A stretch of 64,000 nucleotides of DNA, from assembly GCA_964430775.1 (NCBI GenBank), contig CAYSGG010000001.1:22162-86161 (forward strand). Reading direction: 5' to 3'. The notes under the pieces are model-generated. The model had not been told where the DNA came from, did not search any database, and worked only from the letters and a program-made list of their open reading frames with translations. Shown here piece after piece: positions 46,586 to 58,684 of the stretch; position 1 is the first letter of the stretch; every line of letters begins with the position of its first letter. Position numbers and translations under genes: made by a program. Origin of the DNA: an uncultured Clavibacter sp. (GTDB lineage Bacteria; Actinomycetota; Actinomycetes; Nanopelagicales; Nanopelagicaceae).

Positions 46586-47028
46586 GGAGTCGGTGCGCCG
46601 ATTCCTACTGAGGTAATTGAGGAGATGACGCGGGAATACCAGGGAATTCCAAGCGGAAAGTCCTGATTGATTGGCGCAGCTGTTCCAGTTGAATCATCAA
46701 TCTGAGAGTTAACGCCAAGAATGATGTACTGGCGCTCACCTGGAAGTACGAAGTGAAGGCGATCTCTGGCTTGGGATTTCACATACTCAGGATCACGCCA
46801 ACGTTGTAGCTCTGCTCTAGCTTCTTCAAGTTTCTTCCGGTTGGACTCAACATCTGCTTGCAACGCGCTGATCTGGGCGCGCTGAGCAAAATAGTGTTGG
46901 GTCGGTGGAGCAAGGGTTACGGCAACAACAAATAGAACGATAAAAAGAATAAGTAAACGAGTAGAGATTCCACGTTTTTCCGCGAAACCTTCCAGAGATC
47001 CACGAAGCGAAATTCTTGGCCGCTTCAT
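46582..47028 (-). CDS. septum formation initiator (FtsB/DivIC-like) protein
   Basis: One TM helix followed by a coiled coil (ISALQADVESNRKKLEEARAELQRW). Position downstream of eno. Confidence 0.7.
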   Translation of the reverse strand: MKRPRISLRGSLEGFAEKRGISTRLLILFIVLFVVAVTLAPPTQHYFAQRAQISALQADVESNRKKLEEARAELQRWRDPEYVKSQARDRLHFVLPGERQYIILGVNSQIDDSTGTAAPINQDFPLGIPWYSRVISSITSVGIGAPTP

Positions 47029-47069
47029 ATCAACTCCTCGATCGTTCCTGAATGGCCGGAACGCGCTAT

Positions 47070-49015
<1,946 letters not shown>

Positions 49016-49022
49016 AAACGGA

Positions 49023-49622
49023 TTACTTATCGGTTACAGCATCGCCTGCAGGATCAGTCGCGATGACAGAAAGTGTTGCCGCATCCCACGTGCCATAACG
49101 AGGATTGACAGTGATACCGAGTGCTGTGGCTTTTTCTGTTACCAAGGTCTGAATTCTCTCGTTGATGGCTGCATCATCTGCACCGGTGGCAGCTTCTCTT
49201 TCGCTGATTTTGCGGAGAATCAAGTCGCGGCGAAGTACGTCATCTAGCGATGTTGATGGGATGGATGCGCTGACCAATACATTGGGAAGATTCGCTTCCC
49301 CGCCAATATTCGTATAAATCTCGACCTTGTAGGCATCAATTTCGGCTTTGGTAACTTCTACTTTCTGATCTTGTGCAACTCCAGCAATGATGAGATTTGA
49401 GATCATGTACGAGAGTTGAGAACGGGTAAGCGCTTCGCCATCTTCAAGTTGCATCTGTGTGGTGTCGACGCCTTCGCGCTCAGAGAGGATGAGATCCACT
49501 TGTGATTGCAGATCCGCTAATGCGATTTCGCTATCGCCTACTGAGGCTGCTGAATCAACTTGAGAACACCCAGTTAGTGCAAGCGCTGCAATCGACAAGA
49601 CGATGGCTAGGAACTTCTTCAC
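49023..49622 (-). CDS. lipoprotein with SurA N-terminal-like chaperone domain
   Basis: Lipobox LALTGC after MKKFLAIVLSIAA. Helical Asp/Glu-rich mature part. Confidence 0.6.
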   Translation of the reverse strand: MKKFLAIVLSIAALALTGCSQVDSAASVGDSEIALADLQSQVDLILSEREGVDTTQMQLEDGEALTRSQLSYMISNLIIAGVAQDQKVEVTKAEIDAYKVEIYTNIGGEANLPNVLVSASIPSTSLDDVLRRDLILRKISEREAATGADDAAINERIQTLVTEKATALGITVNPRYGTWDAATLSVIATDPAGDAVTDK

Positions 49623-49628
49623 AGATTC

Positions 49629-52600
49629 TCACTTTCGTAAGGGGCGCTCAAGGAGAGTTTCGGCTAACTCAACCGCCCAATCAAGGAGTGAAGTATCTCC
49701 TATCTGGTCGGCTGCTGACTCCCACGCAGCGCTCTGAGGCCGCGCAATCATGACCACCTTGGTAACTGACTTCACAATGGATCCGGGATAGAGGCGGTTG
49801 ATCTTCATCTCCAGTGATTCACTTGGCGCTAGCGGCGCGATCTTCACGTATTTGCCTTGAACCGCAAAGTCAGTAATTCCTCTCGACTTTACATAGGAAC
49901 GTAATTTCGCGATGCGAAGCAGGCTCTCAGCTTCAAATGGCAGAGTGCCAAATCGATCCATTAACTCTTCTCTGATGGCTTGAATATCTTCATCACTCTT
50001 TGAATCAGCCAGCCTGCGATAGATATCCAATCGCAATCTGTCTGAAGGTACATATTCAGGCGAAAGATGCGCAGTGATTGGCAACTCAACTTTGCACTCA
50101 AAGTTCTCTTCTACTCCATCGATGACGCCACGTTTGTATTCATTGACTGCCTCTCCCACCATACGCATATATAGATCAAAGCCAACATCAGCGATATGCC
50201 CAGATTGTTCGCCACCCAAGAGATTTCCTGCACCGCGAATTTCTAGATCCTTGAGTGCGACCTGCATTCCGGCGCCCAGCTCGGTGTTCTTAGCAATTGT
50301 CGTAAGTCGATCAAGTGCGAGTTCCGTGAGTGGTTTATCTGCGGGATAAAGGAAATATGCATATGCCCGCTCACGACTTCGTCCCACGCGACCTCGAAGT
50401 TGATGCAATTGTGAGAGCCCGAAAACATCTGATCTCTCAACTATCAGCGTGTTGGCATTTGCGACATCAATTCCATTTTCAACAATAGTAGTTGAAACCA
50501 AGATATCGAATTCTCGATTCCAGAACGCGACCACAACTTGCTCAAGCGCAGCCTCATTCATCTGGCCATGCGCAATAGCAATTCTTGCTTCTGGAACCAG
50601 ACGTCGAAGACGCGCAGCTGCTTCATCAATAGAGTCGACTCGATTGTGGATATAAAAAACTTGACCATCGCGGAGCAACTCGCGGTGAATAGCTGCTGCA
50701 ACTTGCTTGTCGTCATAAGCGCCAACATAGGTCAGAACAGGATGGCGCTCTTCGGGCGGTGTTGTGATCGTAGACATCTCACGAATACCGGTTATGGCCA
50801 TCTCGAGGGTGCGCGGGATTGGAGTCGCAGACATCGCCAGTACATCCACGCTAGCCCTGAGTTTCTTTAGTTTCTCTTTATGTTCAACGCCAAATCTCTG
50901 CTCTTCGTCCACGATGATCAGGCCTAAATCACGGAAAGAAACATCATCTGAAAGCAAGCGATGGGTCCCGATGACTACATCAATTGCGCCAGAGGCCAAT
51001 TCCTTGAGGGCATCGTTGATTTCTTTTGTCGAATTGAAGCGCGAGAGTCCCGCTACTCTGACTGGAAAACCTGTGTAGCGCGCAGTAAAAGTTGCAAAGT
51101 GTTGCTGTGCCAAAAGTGTCGTTGGAACCAAGACTGCCACTTGTTTGCCATCTTGTACCGCTTTAAATGCGGCCCGAATCGCAATCTCCGTTTTTCCATA
51201 GCCGACATCGCCACAGACAATGCGATCCATCGGATAAGGCTTCTCCATATCGGCTTTAACTTCATTAATGGTTACGAGTTGGTCAGGTGTTTCGACATAC
51301 GCAAATGAATCTTCCAGTTCGCGTTGCCATGTCGTATCAGGGGCGAATGCAAAGCCAGGAGAGCTTGTGCGTGCGGCATAGAGACGAATTAATTCTCCTG
51401 CTATCTCTTTGACAGCTTTCTTCGCCCGACTCTTTGCCTTGATCCATTCGCCACCACCAATACGATGTACCGCAGGTGTTTCTCCTCCGACATACCGTGT
51501 GATTTGCTCGAGCGCATCTGTTGGGACATAGATTCGATCGGCTGGGTGTCCTCGCTTTGATGCTGCATATTCGATAACAAGGTATTCGCGAGATGCACCG
51601 CCGACATTGCGTTGAACTAATTCAACGTAGCGACCAACGCCATGTTGCTCATGCACTACATAGTCACCGCTCTTGAGCTCTAACGGATCAATAGTCTTCT
51701 TGCGCCGAGATGGCATCCGAGTAGTTGAGATTCTCGAATCTTGCGCACCTGTAATCTCACCTTCGGTGATGAGAATTGTTCTATTCGTACTATCGATAAA
51801 TCCTCGCTTGAGATTGGATGCGATGAGATAGACCGATCCACGCACGGGTGGAGTGTTCATATCTTCTTTTAAAATCGCGGGAATATCGGCCTCAGCCAAA
51901 AGATCGCGATAACGCTCTAGAAGTCCGTGTCCTTCGAGTGAAATCACTGCCAAATAGCCGTCTTGCAAAGACTTCCTTAGGTCAGCAATTACTTTTTCAA
52001 TCTTGTTTCTGTAGGGCTCAATCTCCTTGAATTGAGTGACTTCTGGATCATCCTCATAGCCAAAGGAGTTCAGACTTCGCCATGCGATGTTTCGTGATTC
52101 TGCAGAGTCTTGCAGCGCCTCTACACTCGAAAATGCTCCGATTTGTAACTCATCGCGCAGTGGAACTAAACCTTTCGCACCATCTCTCTCAGTTGTGAGC
52201 GCAATATTTGACCATGCCGCTTCGAGAAACTCTTGGTTGGTGCTGATGAGATCACGAACCCGAGATTTAATTCGTTCATTTTCTAGGATGATAACTTCGG
52301 CACCTTTAGGTAAATAATCAATCAGTGTCTTCATCTCGGGATCAAGGACTGCTGCAAGGGATTCAATGCCATCGACATAGATGCCCTCTTCAATCTTGGA
52401 ACACATCTCTCGGAGCTCTGGGTATTTATCCTTTACCTGGGTAGCTCGAGTGCGAACATCATCGGTTATCAAGACCTCACGACACGGAATCAATGTAAGT
52501 GCCCCTAGTACGGGAGCAAAGGTTCGCTGATCGCTAATTTCAAAATACTTTAACTCTTCAATCTCATCTCCGAAGAATTCGATGCGAATCGGATGCTCAG

Positions 52601-53129
52601 CTAGAGGTGGGAAAACATCGACGATTCCGCCGCGAACAGCAAAATCACCACGTCGCTCTACGAGATCTACTCGACTATATGCTCGCAAGGTCAATTCATT
52701 GAGCAATTTCTCAAACTCAAAAGTTCTCCCCTTTTCTATGGTGAGAAGTGGCATCGCAATCGCCGAAGTAACAATCGGTTGAACTAAGGCGCGCGCTGTA
52801 GTGACGATGACACGCGCGCTCTGAGAATTAATGAGCGTATGAATTCGCCGCGCCACTGTGTCGCTATTAGGACTGAGTTTCTCGTGAGGCAGCGTCTCCC
52901 AGGCGGGAAACTCCATTACCCCATCAATAATTTCCGCTAGTTCATGTGCTAATTCAGATGCTCGTCTACTTGAGTGCGCGACAACAAGGAGTTGATGCTG
53001 GCTGGCTTGATGTGCAAGCAAGAATGGGATTGATGCTTCGGAGGTGATGATCGAATCAGAATCGCTGCGCTCCATGATTTCTCGCGTTGTTTCAGATAGC
53101 GAGACAAGCCCGCGTAGTCGAGTAGCCAT
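49629..53129 (-). CDS. mfd: transcription-repair coupling factor
   Basis: CarD-like domain (GDYVVHEQHGVGRY), helicase motifs GDVGYGKTE, DEEQRFGV and SATPIPRT, TRG motif region. ATG 53129 chosen because the ORF-track extension to 53327 overlaps divergent ppc. Confidence 0.9.
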   Translation of the reverse strand: MATRLRGLVSLSETTREIMERSDSDSIITSEASIPFLLAHQASQHQLLVVAHSSRRASELAHELAEIIDGVMEFPAWETLPHEKLSPNSDTVARRIHTLINSQSARVIVTTARALVQPIVTSAIAMPLLTIEKGRTFEFEKLLNELTLRAYSRVDLVERRGDFAVRGGIVDVFPPLAEHPIRIEFFGDEIEELKYFEISDQRTFAPVLGALTLIPCREVLITDDVRTRATQVKDKYPELREMCSKIEEGIYVDGIESLAAVLDPEMKTLIDYLPKGAEVIILENERIKSRVRDLISTNQEFLEAAWSNIALTTERDGAKGLVPLRDELQIGAFSSVEALQDSAESRNIAWRSLNSFGYEDDPEVTQFKEIEPYRNKIEKVIADLRKSLQDGYLAVISLEGHGLLERYRDLLAEADIPAILKEDMNTPPVRGSVYLIASNLKRGFIDSTNRTILITEGEITGAQDSRISTTRMPSRRKKTIDPLELKSGDYVVHEQHGVGRYVELVQRNVGGASREYLVIEYAASKRGHPADRIYVPTDALEQITRYVGGETPAVHRIGGGEWIKAKSRAKKAVKEIAGELIRLYAARTSSPGFAFAPDTTWQRELEDSFAYVETPDQLVTINEVKADMEKPYPMDRIVCGDVGYGKTEIAIRAAFKAVQDGKQVAVLVPTTLLAQQHFATFTARYTGFPVRVAGLSRFNSTKEINDALKELASGAIDVVIGTHRLLSDDVSFRDLGLIIVDEEQRFGVEHKEKLKKLRASVDVLAMSATPIPRTLEMAITGIREMSTITTPPEERHPVLTYVGAYDDKQVAAAIHRELLRDGQVFYIHNRVDSIDEAAARLRRLVPEARIAIAHGQMNEAALEQVVVAFWNREFDILVSTTIVENGIDVANANTLIVERSDVFGLSQLHQLRGRVGRSRERAYAYFLYPADKPLTELALDRLTTIAKNTELGAGMQVALKDLEIRGAGNLLGGEQSGHIADVGFDLYMRMVGEAVNEYKRGVIDGVEENFECKVELPITAHLSPEYVPSDRLRLDIYRRLADSKSDEDIQAIREELMDRFGTLPFEAESLLRIAKLRSYVKSRGITDFAVQGKYVKIAPLAPSESLEMKINRLYPGSIVKSVTKVVMIARPQSAAWESAADQIGDTSLLDWAVELAETLLERPLRK

Positions 53130-53239
53130 GGAACACCTGCCTTTCATTTCAATCTGGGGCTCAACGCCCATTAGCCCCAACTTCGAAATGAAGGGGGCTT
53201 GAAAAATGCAAGCGGATTCTAGCGTGTCATGATTAGCCC

Positions 53240-55933
53240 GTGACCGCGCAAATTCCGCAGCAAGACAATGCTTCGCTACGCAGCGATGTCCGTCATCTTG
53301 GTGAATTGCTGGGTCAATCATTGTCACGCCAAGACGGCGAGGCTCTTCTTAATCTCGTCGAATTAGTCCGTAAGTCGGTACGTGAGGGCTCTGGCGAAGA
53401 TCTCTTGAACTCAATTTCAACGGCTGATTCTGTGAAGCTAGTACGTGCTTTCAATGTCTATTTCAATCTTGCCAATGTTGCAGAACAAGTTCATCGCTCT
53501 CGCGTTTTGGCACACGAGCGGAATACTGGTGGTTCGTGGCTGACTCGAGCAGTTGATCACATCATCGAAGCGCGTAAGTCTGGCAATGATTTCTCTGATA
53601 CCGAATTGCGTAAGTGGTTAGAGAATTTCGAAGTTCGCCCTGTGTTTACCGCTCACCCAACCGAGGCTGCACGTCGTTCTGTTCTAAGTAAGTTATCTAC
53701 CATCTCAGAGTTGTTAGATCAGCCAGAAACTGAGAGTCGCCAAAGACGTCTTGCTGAGGCCGTAGATTTACTCTGGCAGACTGATGAGCTACGGCTCGGA
53801 CGCCCTGAACCGCTTGATGAGGCTATCAATGCGCTTTATTACCTCGATGATCTTTTCCGACTCACTATTCCCGAAGTTCTCGATGATTTCTCTCGCGAAC
53901 TCGCCAGGCTAGGAATCAAACTTCCTCCTACCGCGACGCCGCTGACATTTGGCTCATGGATTGGCGGAGATCGTGATGGCAACCCAAACATCACTCCCGA
54001 GATAACTAAGCAAGCAATCGCTCTTCAGATGGGTCATGCCATCCGCGTCACCCTCGAGGCGATGGATGAATTACGACAGGCGCTTTCCATCTCTACCAAA
54101 TTGGCTGGAACCTCTGAACCACTCTTAAAGTCAGTTGAGCGAGATCTAGAGCGTTTACCTGAAATCGAACCGCGCTTCAAACGTATCAATGTTGAAGAGC
54201 CCTATCGATTGAAAGCAACTGCGATTCGTCACCGCCTTCTCCTTACTCGTGATCGCCATGCAGCTAATTCATCTCATGAGCCAGGTCGCGATTATGAAAA
54301 CACCAGCGAACTCCTTGAAGATTTGATGTTGATGTACAACTCTCTCCTTGCAAATCGAGGAGAGTTGATTGCCCACGGGCTTCTTGAGCGCACTATTCGC
54401 ACAATCTCGGCATTTGGATTAACGCATGCCACGATGGATGTTCGAGAGCATTCCGGCGCACACCAGCGCGTCATTGAAGCTCTATTCCCAGATAGCAATT
54501 ACAGCGCCCTAACCTCCGAAGAAAAATGCGCGCTTTTGACCAAAGAACTTACAAAAGCCGCACGTGATACTTCAGGGCTCGACGAACTCAATGCAAAGAC
54601 GTTACGCACCTTTGTTGCAATCAAAGAATTGCAGAAAGACTTCGATCCTTCCGTGGTTGAGACTTATATCGTTTCGATGACAAAGGGCCCAGAAGATGTT
54701 TTGGCGGCCGCTTACCTGGCAAAAGAAGCTGGCTTGATTGATCTCTCTGGTAATCAATTCGCAGCAGTTGATATAGCGCCGCTCTTAGAGACAGTCGCTG
54801 AGTTGAGAGCAGCTGGTGAAATTCTCGAACGCCTCTTATCTAATCCGACTTATCGAAAACTTGTCGAACTACGTGGAAACATTCAAGAGGTAATGTTGGG
54901 ATACTCCGATTCAAATAAAGATGCAGGAATTGCAACCAGCCAATGGGAGATTCATCAAGCCCAACGCAAACTCCGTGATGTTGCGCGTCACCATGGAATC
55001 AAATTACGCCTATTCCATGGACGTGGTGGTTCTGTCGGACGCGGTGGTGGACCCACCTATGATGCGATTATCGCTCTCCCTTGGGGAACGCTGGATGGAC
55101 AGATCAAGATGACCGAACAAGGTGAAGTCATCTCTGATAAATACGCTCTTCCTTCACTTGCTCGAGAGAATGTCGAACTAACTCTGGCAGCAGCTCTGGA
55201 GGCGACCGTACTCAATCGCGCTGCTCGCCAATCTCCAGAAGATCTACTCAAGTGGAATTCTTCAATGAGTGCGATAAGCGCAGCTTCCTTCACTTGTTAT
55301 CGCTCTTTAGTCGAACATCCTGATCTTCCCGCGTATTTCTATCAAGCAACTCCGGTAGAACAACTCGGAAATCTCTTCCTCGGTTCACGTCCATCACGCC
55401 GGCCCGATGCGAGCGCAGATCTCTCCTCGCTACGCGCAATCCCCTGGGTATTTGGCTGGACGCAATCGCGCCAAATCGTGCCGGGATGGTTCGGTGTTGG
55501 AAGTGGATTAAAAGCTGCGCGTGAAGCAGGTCATGGTGAGACTATGACGGCGATGTTGCGTGATTGGCATTTCTTCCGCACCTTTATCAGTAATGTCGAG
55601 ATGACAATTGCGAAGACTGATCTCGTTATGGCGCGTAAGTATGTGAGCGCACTCGTGGATCCTTCGCTTCATCACTTCTTGGACACTATCCAGGCTGAGT
55701 TTGAACTCACTGTTAAAGAAATACTTTTGCTCACTGGAAAAACTGAGATCTTGGGTGATCAAGAGATTTTGGCACGTACTCTGCAAATTAGAGATGCGTA
55801 CCTAGCTCCGCTACATCTTCTTCAGATTTCACTTCTCAAAAAGGTCAGAGAAGATAATTCAGATCCGTTGATTACTCGAGCGCTACTTCTAACGATTAAT
55901 GGAGTTGCGGCAGGTTTGCGCAATACCGGTTGA
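53240..55933 (+). CDS. ppc: phosphoenolpyruvate carboxylase
   Basis: 897 aa. VFTAHPTE, GYSDSNKDAG, FHGRGGSVGRGGGP and C-terminal GLRNTG motifs. Confidence 0.92.
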   Translation: MTAQIPQQDNASLRSDVRHLGELLGQSLSRQDGEALLNLVELVRKSVREGSGEDLLNSISTADSVKLVRAFNVYFNLANVAEQVHRSRVLAHERNTGGSWLTRAVDHIIEARKSGNDFSDTELRKWLENFEVRPVFTAHPTEAARRSVLSKLSTISELLDQPETESRQRRLAEAVDLLWQTDELRLGRPEPLDEAINALYYLDDLFRLTIPEVLDDFSRELARLGIKLPPTATPLTFGSWIGGDRDGNPNITPEITKQAIALQMGHAIRVTLEAMDELRQALSISTKLAGTSEPLLKSVERDLERLPEIEPRFKRINVEEPYRLKATAIRHRLLLTRDRHAANSSHEPGRDYENTSELLEDLMLMYNSLLANRGELIAHGLLERTIRTISAFGLTHATMDVREHSGAHQRVIEALFPDSNYSALTSEEKCALLTKELTKAARDTSGLDELNAKTLRTFVAIKELQKDFDPSVVETYIVSMTKGPEDVLAAAYLAKEAGLIDLSGNQFAAVDIAPLLETVAELRAAGEILERLLSNPTYRKLVELRGNIQEVMLGYSDSNKDAGIATSQWEIHQAQRKLRDVARHHGIKLRLFHGRGGSVGRGGGPTYDAIIALPWGTLDGQIKMTEQGEVISDKYALPSLARENVELTLAAALEATVLNRAARQSPEDLLKWNSSMSAISAASFTCYRSLVEHPDLPAYFYQATPVEQLGNLFLGSRPSRRPDASADLSSLRAIPWVFGWTQSRQIVPGWFGVGSGLKAAREAGHGETMTAMLRDWHFFRTFISNVEMTIAKTDLVMARKYVSALVDPSLHHFLDTIQAEFELTVKEILLLTGKTEILGDQEILARTLQIRDAYLAPLHLLQISLLKKVREDNSDPLITRALLLTINGVAAGLRNTG

Positions 55934-56551
55934 TCACTTATTAAAGTTCTGCTGCGTTTTCTCTAGGCCGTATCGAACTAGTGATTCAACCGCTTGTTCG
56001 CCAGTAATCAGAAACTCTTCCATTGTTTTGCGCTCGGTGCTAGAGAATGGTTTGAGGACGAAATCTGCTGGATTCTGTTCTCCTGGCGGGCGACCAATTC
56101 CAAGGCGTAAACGGAAATAATCTGCCGTACCAAGAGCTGAGGTAATGCTCTTCAAGCCGTTATGACCGTTATCTCCGCCACCAAATTTCACGCGGATCGC
56201 TTGAAACGGAATATCCAATTCATCGTGAGCAACGATGATGTGATCGCCTGCGATTTTGTAGAAATCAGCCAGCGCCTTCGTGGGCCCACCAGATTCGTTC
56301 ATGTAGCAATGCAGCTGTGCGACGACTAGCGATGGAACATCAGTACCGACGCCCATGCGAAATTCGGCGACATGTGCGCGGGCTTTATGCGATGAGAATC
56401 GTGCGCTATTAGAAGAAGCAAGATGAGTCGTCAGCATCGCACCGATGTTGTGACGGGTTTTCTCGTATTCAGCTCCAGGATTGCCTAAGCCAACAATCAA
56501 CCAGCGATTGCTTGGAGAGGAACTCTTATCCTTGTTTGAACGACCAAACAT
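55934..56551 (-). CDS. pth: aminoacyl-tRNA hydrolase
   Basis: LIVGLGNPG...YEKTRHNIG, HDELD, GHNGLKS motifs. Its stop abuts the ppc stop (TGATCA). Confidence 0.9.
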   Translation of the reverse strand: MFGRSNKDKSSSPSNRWLIVGLGNPGAEYEKTRHNIGAMLTTHLASSNSARFSSHKARAHVAEFRMGVGTDVPSLVVAQLHCYMNESGGPTKALADFYKIAGDHIIVAHDELDIPFQAIRVKFGGGDNGHNGLKSITSALGTADYFRLRLGIGRPPGEQNPADFVLKPFSSTERKTMEEFLITGEQAVESLVRYGLEKTQQNFNK

Positions 56552-56577
56552 GGATGAAGGCTAACGCCTGAGAAGTC

Positions 56578-57207
56578 TTACTTGCCTTCTTCTGCAGCGG
56601 CGCCTTCAGCAGGAGCAGCAGCGGCAGCTTCACCTTCAGCAGGTGCAGCAGCGGTAGCGACCTCATCAGAAGTTGCACGGACAGAGAGGTGGATAACGAC
56701 CATCTTCGGATCGCTCTTGAGTACAACGCCTGCAGGGAGGGTGACATCAGAAGCGGTCTTGGAGTCTCCAGCAGCGAGACCTTCAATATCAAGATCAAGT
56801 GATGAAGGAATTGCAGTTACATCTGCTTCAACTTCGATGGTGTTATGTACGTGTTCCAAAATTCCTTCTGGATCGTGCTTACCGTGGGCGTGAACTGGAA
56901 CGTTGACGACAACGCGCTCACCACGACGGACAATAATCAAATCGATATGCTCAAGAGTTCCCTTGAGTGGATTACGAACAATGGACTTAGGAAGAACAAG
57001 CTCTTGCTTCTCACCAAGATCGATATTGAGAAGAACGTTAGAGGTCTTGATTGCAATTCCAACTTCACGAGCTGGAAGAGAGATATGTGTTGGCTTCTCT
57101 CCGTGACCGTAGATGACCGCGGGAACGCTTCCATCGCGGCGGATTCTGCGTGATGCGCCTTTTCCGAATTCACTGCGGAGCGCGCCTGTGATTGATACTT
57201 CAGCCAT
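56578..57207 (-). CDS. rplY: 50S ribosomal protein L25/general stress protein Ctc
   Basis: GKGASRRIRRDGSVPAVIYG N-terminus. Two-domain Ctc form with an Ala/Glu/Pro-rich tail. Confidence 0.9.
   Translation of the reverse strand: MAEVSITGALRSEFGKGASRRIRRDGSVPAVIYGHGEKPTHISLPAREVGIAIKTSNVLLNIDLGEKQELVLPKSIVRNPLKGTLEHIDLIIVRRGERVVVNVPVHAHGKHDPEGILEHVHNTIEVEADVTAIPSSLDLDIEGLAAGDSKTASDVTLPAGVVLKSDPKMVVIHLSVRATSDEVATAAAPAEGEAAAAAPAEGAAAEEGK
56603..56658. repeat. 30-nt tandem duplication inside the rplY tail
   Basis: ccttcagcaggAgcagcagcggCagc / ttca / ccttcagcaggTgcagcagcggTagc, encoding a reiterated AAAPAEG(E/A) decapeptide. Confidence 0.7.
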
Positions 57208-57303
57208 TGTCTTGCCTTTCGTCGATAACGGGGTCGACCCCTCGCCTTAAGTGGAGGGAAGGTTACCCAAGGCCCTCACTTATCGCAAAATCGCCTCTAT
57301 TAC

Positions 57304-58677
57304 TCAATCTGAGTTCTTAGATCTGCGCCTGATTCGACGTGCAATATCCCACACGACAATAAGGATGAATGCGATGGCGACGTAATGCCAGAAACCAATC
57401 GGTGAGCGCGCGTGATCTGGAAGATCCGGATCAATTGCACCAGCGCTACGTGGAAGTTCAATCGTCGCTACTACGCCTGCATGATCAGATGGGAAACAAA
57501 TCTTTGTGCCGCAATTCCATACTCCGGAACCATCTGGCCAGACATTGCCAATGATTTTAGAACTTACCGTTGCATAGACATTTTTTGTAAAGATGTAATC
57601 CAGTCGATCAGTGAATCCATATTGATTGCCAAATTCTTCTGCTGCTTTGATGCGCTTCTTATCCGGTCCATCCAGCAGAGCGCTTGCACCCCAGGTGAAG
57701 TAGCGCGGATTCTTTGCATCAGGTGAAGCGTTTTCAAATCCTGCTTCAATCATGGTGCTGTAGGCATTGCACTTTGCTCCACCTGATGTTGGGCAAGTCT
57801 CACTGACGACTGGTTGTTCTCCAGGATTGGGTTCGTTGACTGGTCGTGGATCACGATAGTCAGCATTGAAATCACCCATGATGATCACAGGCATCTTGGC
57901 ATCCTTGAGATCAGCCACGAGCTGCTGTGCTTGAAGTGCAGAATTAGGGATTTTATTTTCATCCCAGATTGATTCAAGGTGAGTGGAGATCAGCCTCACA
58001 ACCGAATCCTGTACTTTGAAATCAGCCCAGGTGTACCCGCGATAAATCGTCATGATGGTTGGGACGATTGAATATGTCGCATCAAACTCTGAGTTACCTA
58101 CTTGGATGATTCGATCTTTCACATCGTCACGGACCAATAGGGCATCACCGATTGTGAAACCACAGGCCGCGCTGTCCTGGCCGAAGATGGGATTAAAGAT
58201 CTCAGGATCAGTAACTTTGGTGAGATATGGAATTGCTGCGATGGAGTAGCCAGGATTGAAAGCATCTACCCCATTGGCGCTAGCTATGGAATAACTGACG
58301 CCGACCTGCTTTGTGGCTGCAATGAACTCATCTAGGAAATTGAAGACTTCTACTTTGTCACTGAAGAGATCTTTCTTGCAGTACCAGATTGTTGCTTCCT
58401 GAATTCCGATTACTTCCGGGCGATCCTGCGCTGCTTCACGCGCTAATTTGGGCGCGCGGGCTGAAAAATCAGTCTTCTTCACTTGATCCCACATGAACTG
58501 CGCGGCCTTAGGGAAATTAGGAATCAGCTCGAGAGCTACACCGACATCAGAGCCAAGATAGAGATTACGAGACATCACAGTGATGCGATAAGGCTCTTCA
58601 CTCTTGGCGGTGGCCAATAGCGAAGTTGAGATGGGAGAAACGAGCAGCGCCGTGAGAAGCGCAATCAGGCGGCGCAT
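57304..58677 (-). CDS. secreted EEP-family (endonuclease/exonuclease/phosphatase) protein with C-terminal membrane anchor
   Basis: Signal peptide from ATG 58677 (MRRLIALLTALLVSPISTSLLATA), GIQEA, GDFNAD, PSDHAG motifs. Terminal TM helix WHYVAIAFILIVVW followed by RRIRRR. Confidence 0.7.
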   Translation of the reverse strand: MRRLIALLTALLVSPISTSLLATAKSEEPYRITVMSRNLYLGSDVGVALELIPNFPKAAQFMWDQVKKTDFSARAPKLAREAAQDRPEVIGIQEATIWYCKKDLFSDKVEVFNFLDEFIAATKQVGVSYSIASANGVDAFNPGYSIAAIPYLTKVTDPEIFNPIFGQDSAACGFTIGDALLVRDDVKDRIIQVGNSEFDATYSIVPTIMTIYRGYTWADFKVQDSVVRLISTHLESIWDENKIPNSALQAQQLVADLKDAKMPVIIMGDFNADYRDPRPVNEPNPGEQPVVSETCPTSGGAKCNAYSTMIEAGFENASPDAKNPRYFTWGASALLDGPDKKRIKAAEEFGNQYGFTDRLDYIFTKNVYATVSSKIIGNVWPDGSGVWNCGTKICFPSDHAGVVATIELPRSAGAIDPDLPDHARSPIGFWHYVAIAFILIVVWDIARRIRRRSKNSD

Positions 58678-58684
58678 TGAATTT

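Noticed and set aside
53130-53327. N-terminal 66-codon extension of the mfd ORF
   Set aside because: It overlaps the divergent ppc start (53240). The Mfd-like sequence begins only after ATG 53129, and the extension has no recognisable features.
55928-55939. Back-to-back stop codons TGATCA of convergent ppc and pth
   Set aside because: This is just extreme gene packing, like the other small convergent overlaps at 854-879, 23887-23890 and 29596-29616. No additional signal was seen.
57230-57282. GGGGTCGACCCC palindrome and a 10-bp bulged hairpin in the rplY upstream region as a ribosomal-protein leader
   Set aside because: I recognised no known L25 leader motif for Actinobacteria. There is no U-run, and I cannot distinguish a weak terminator of the upstream EEP gene from a regulatory leader without comparative data.
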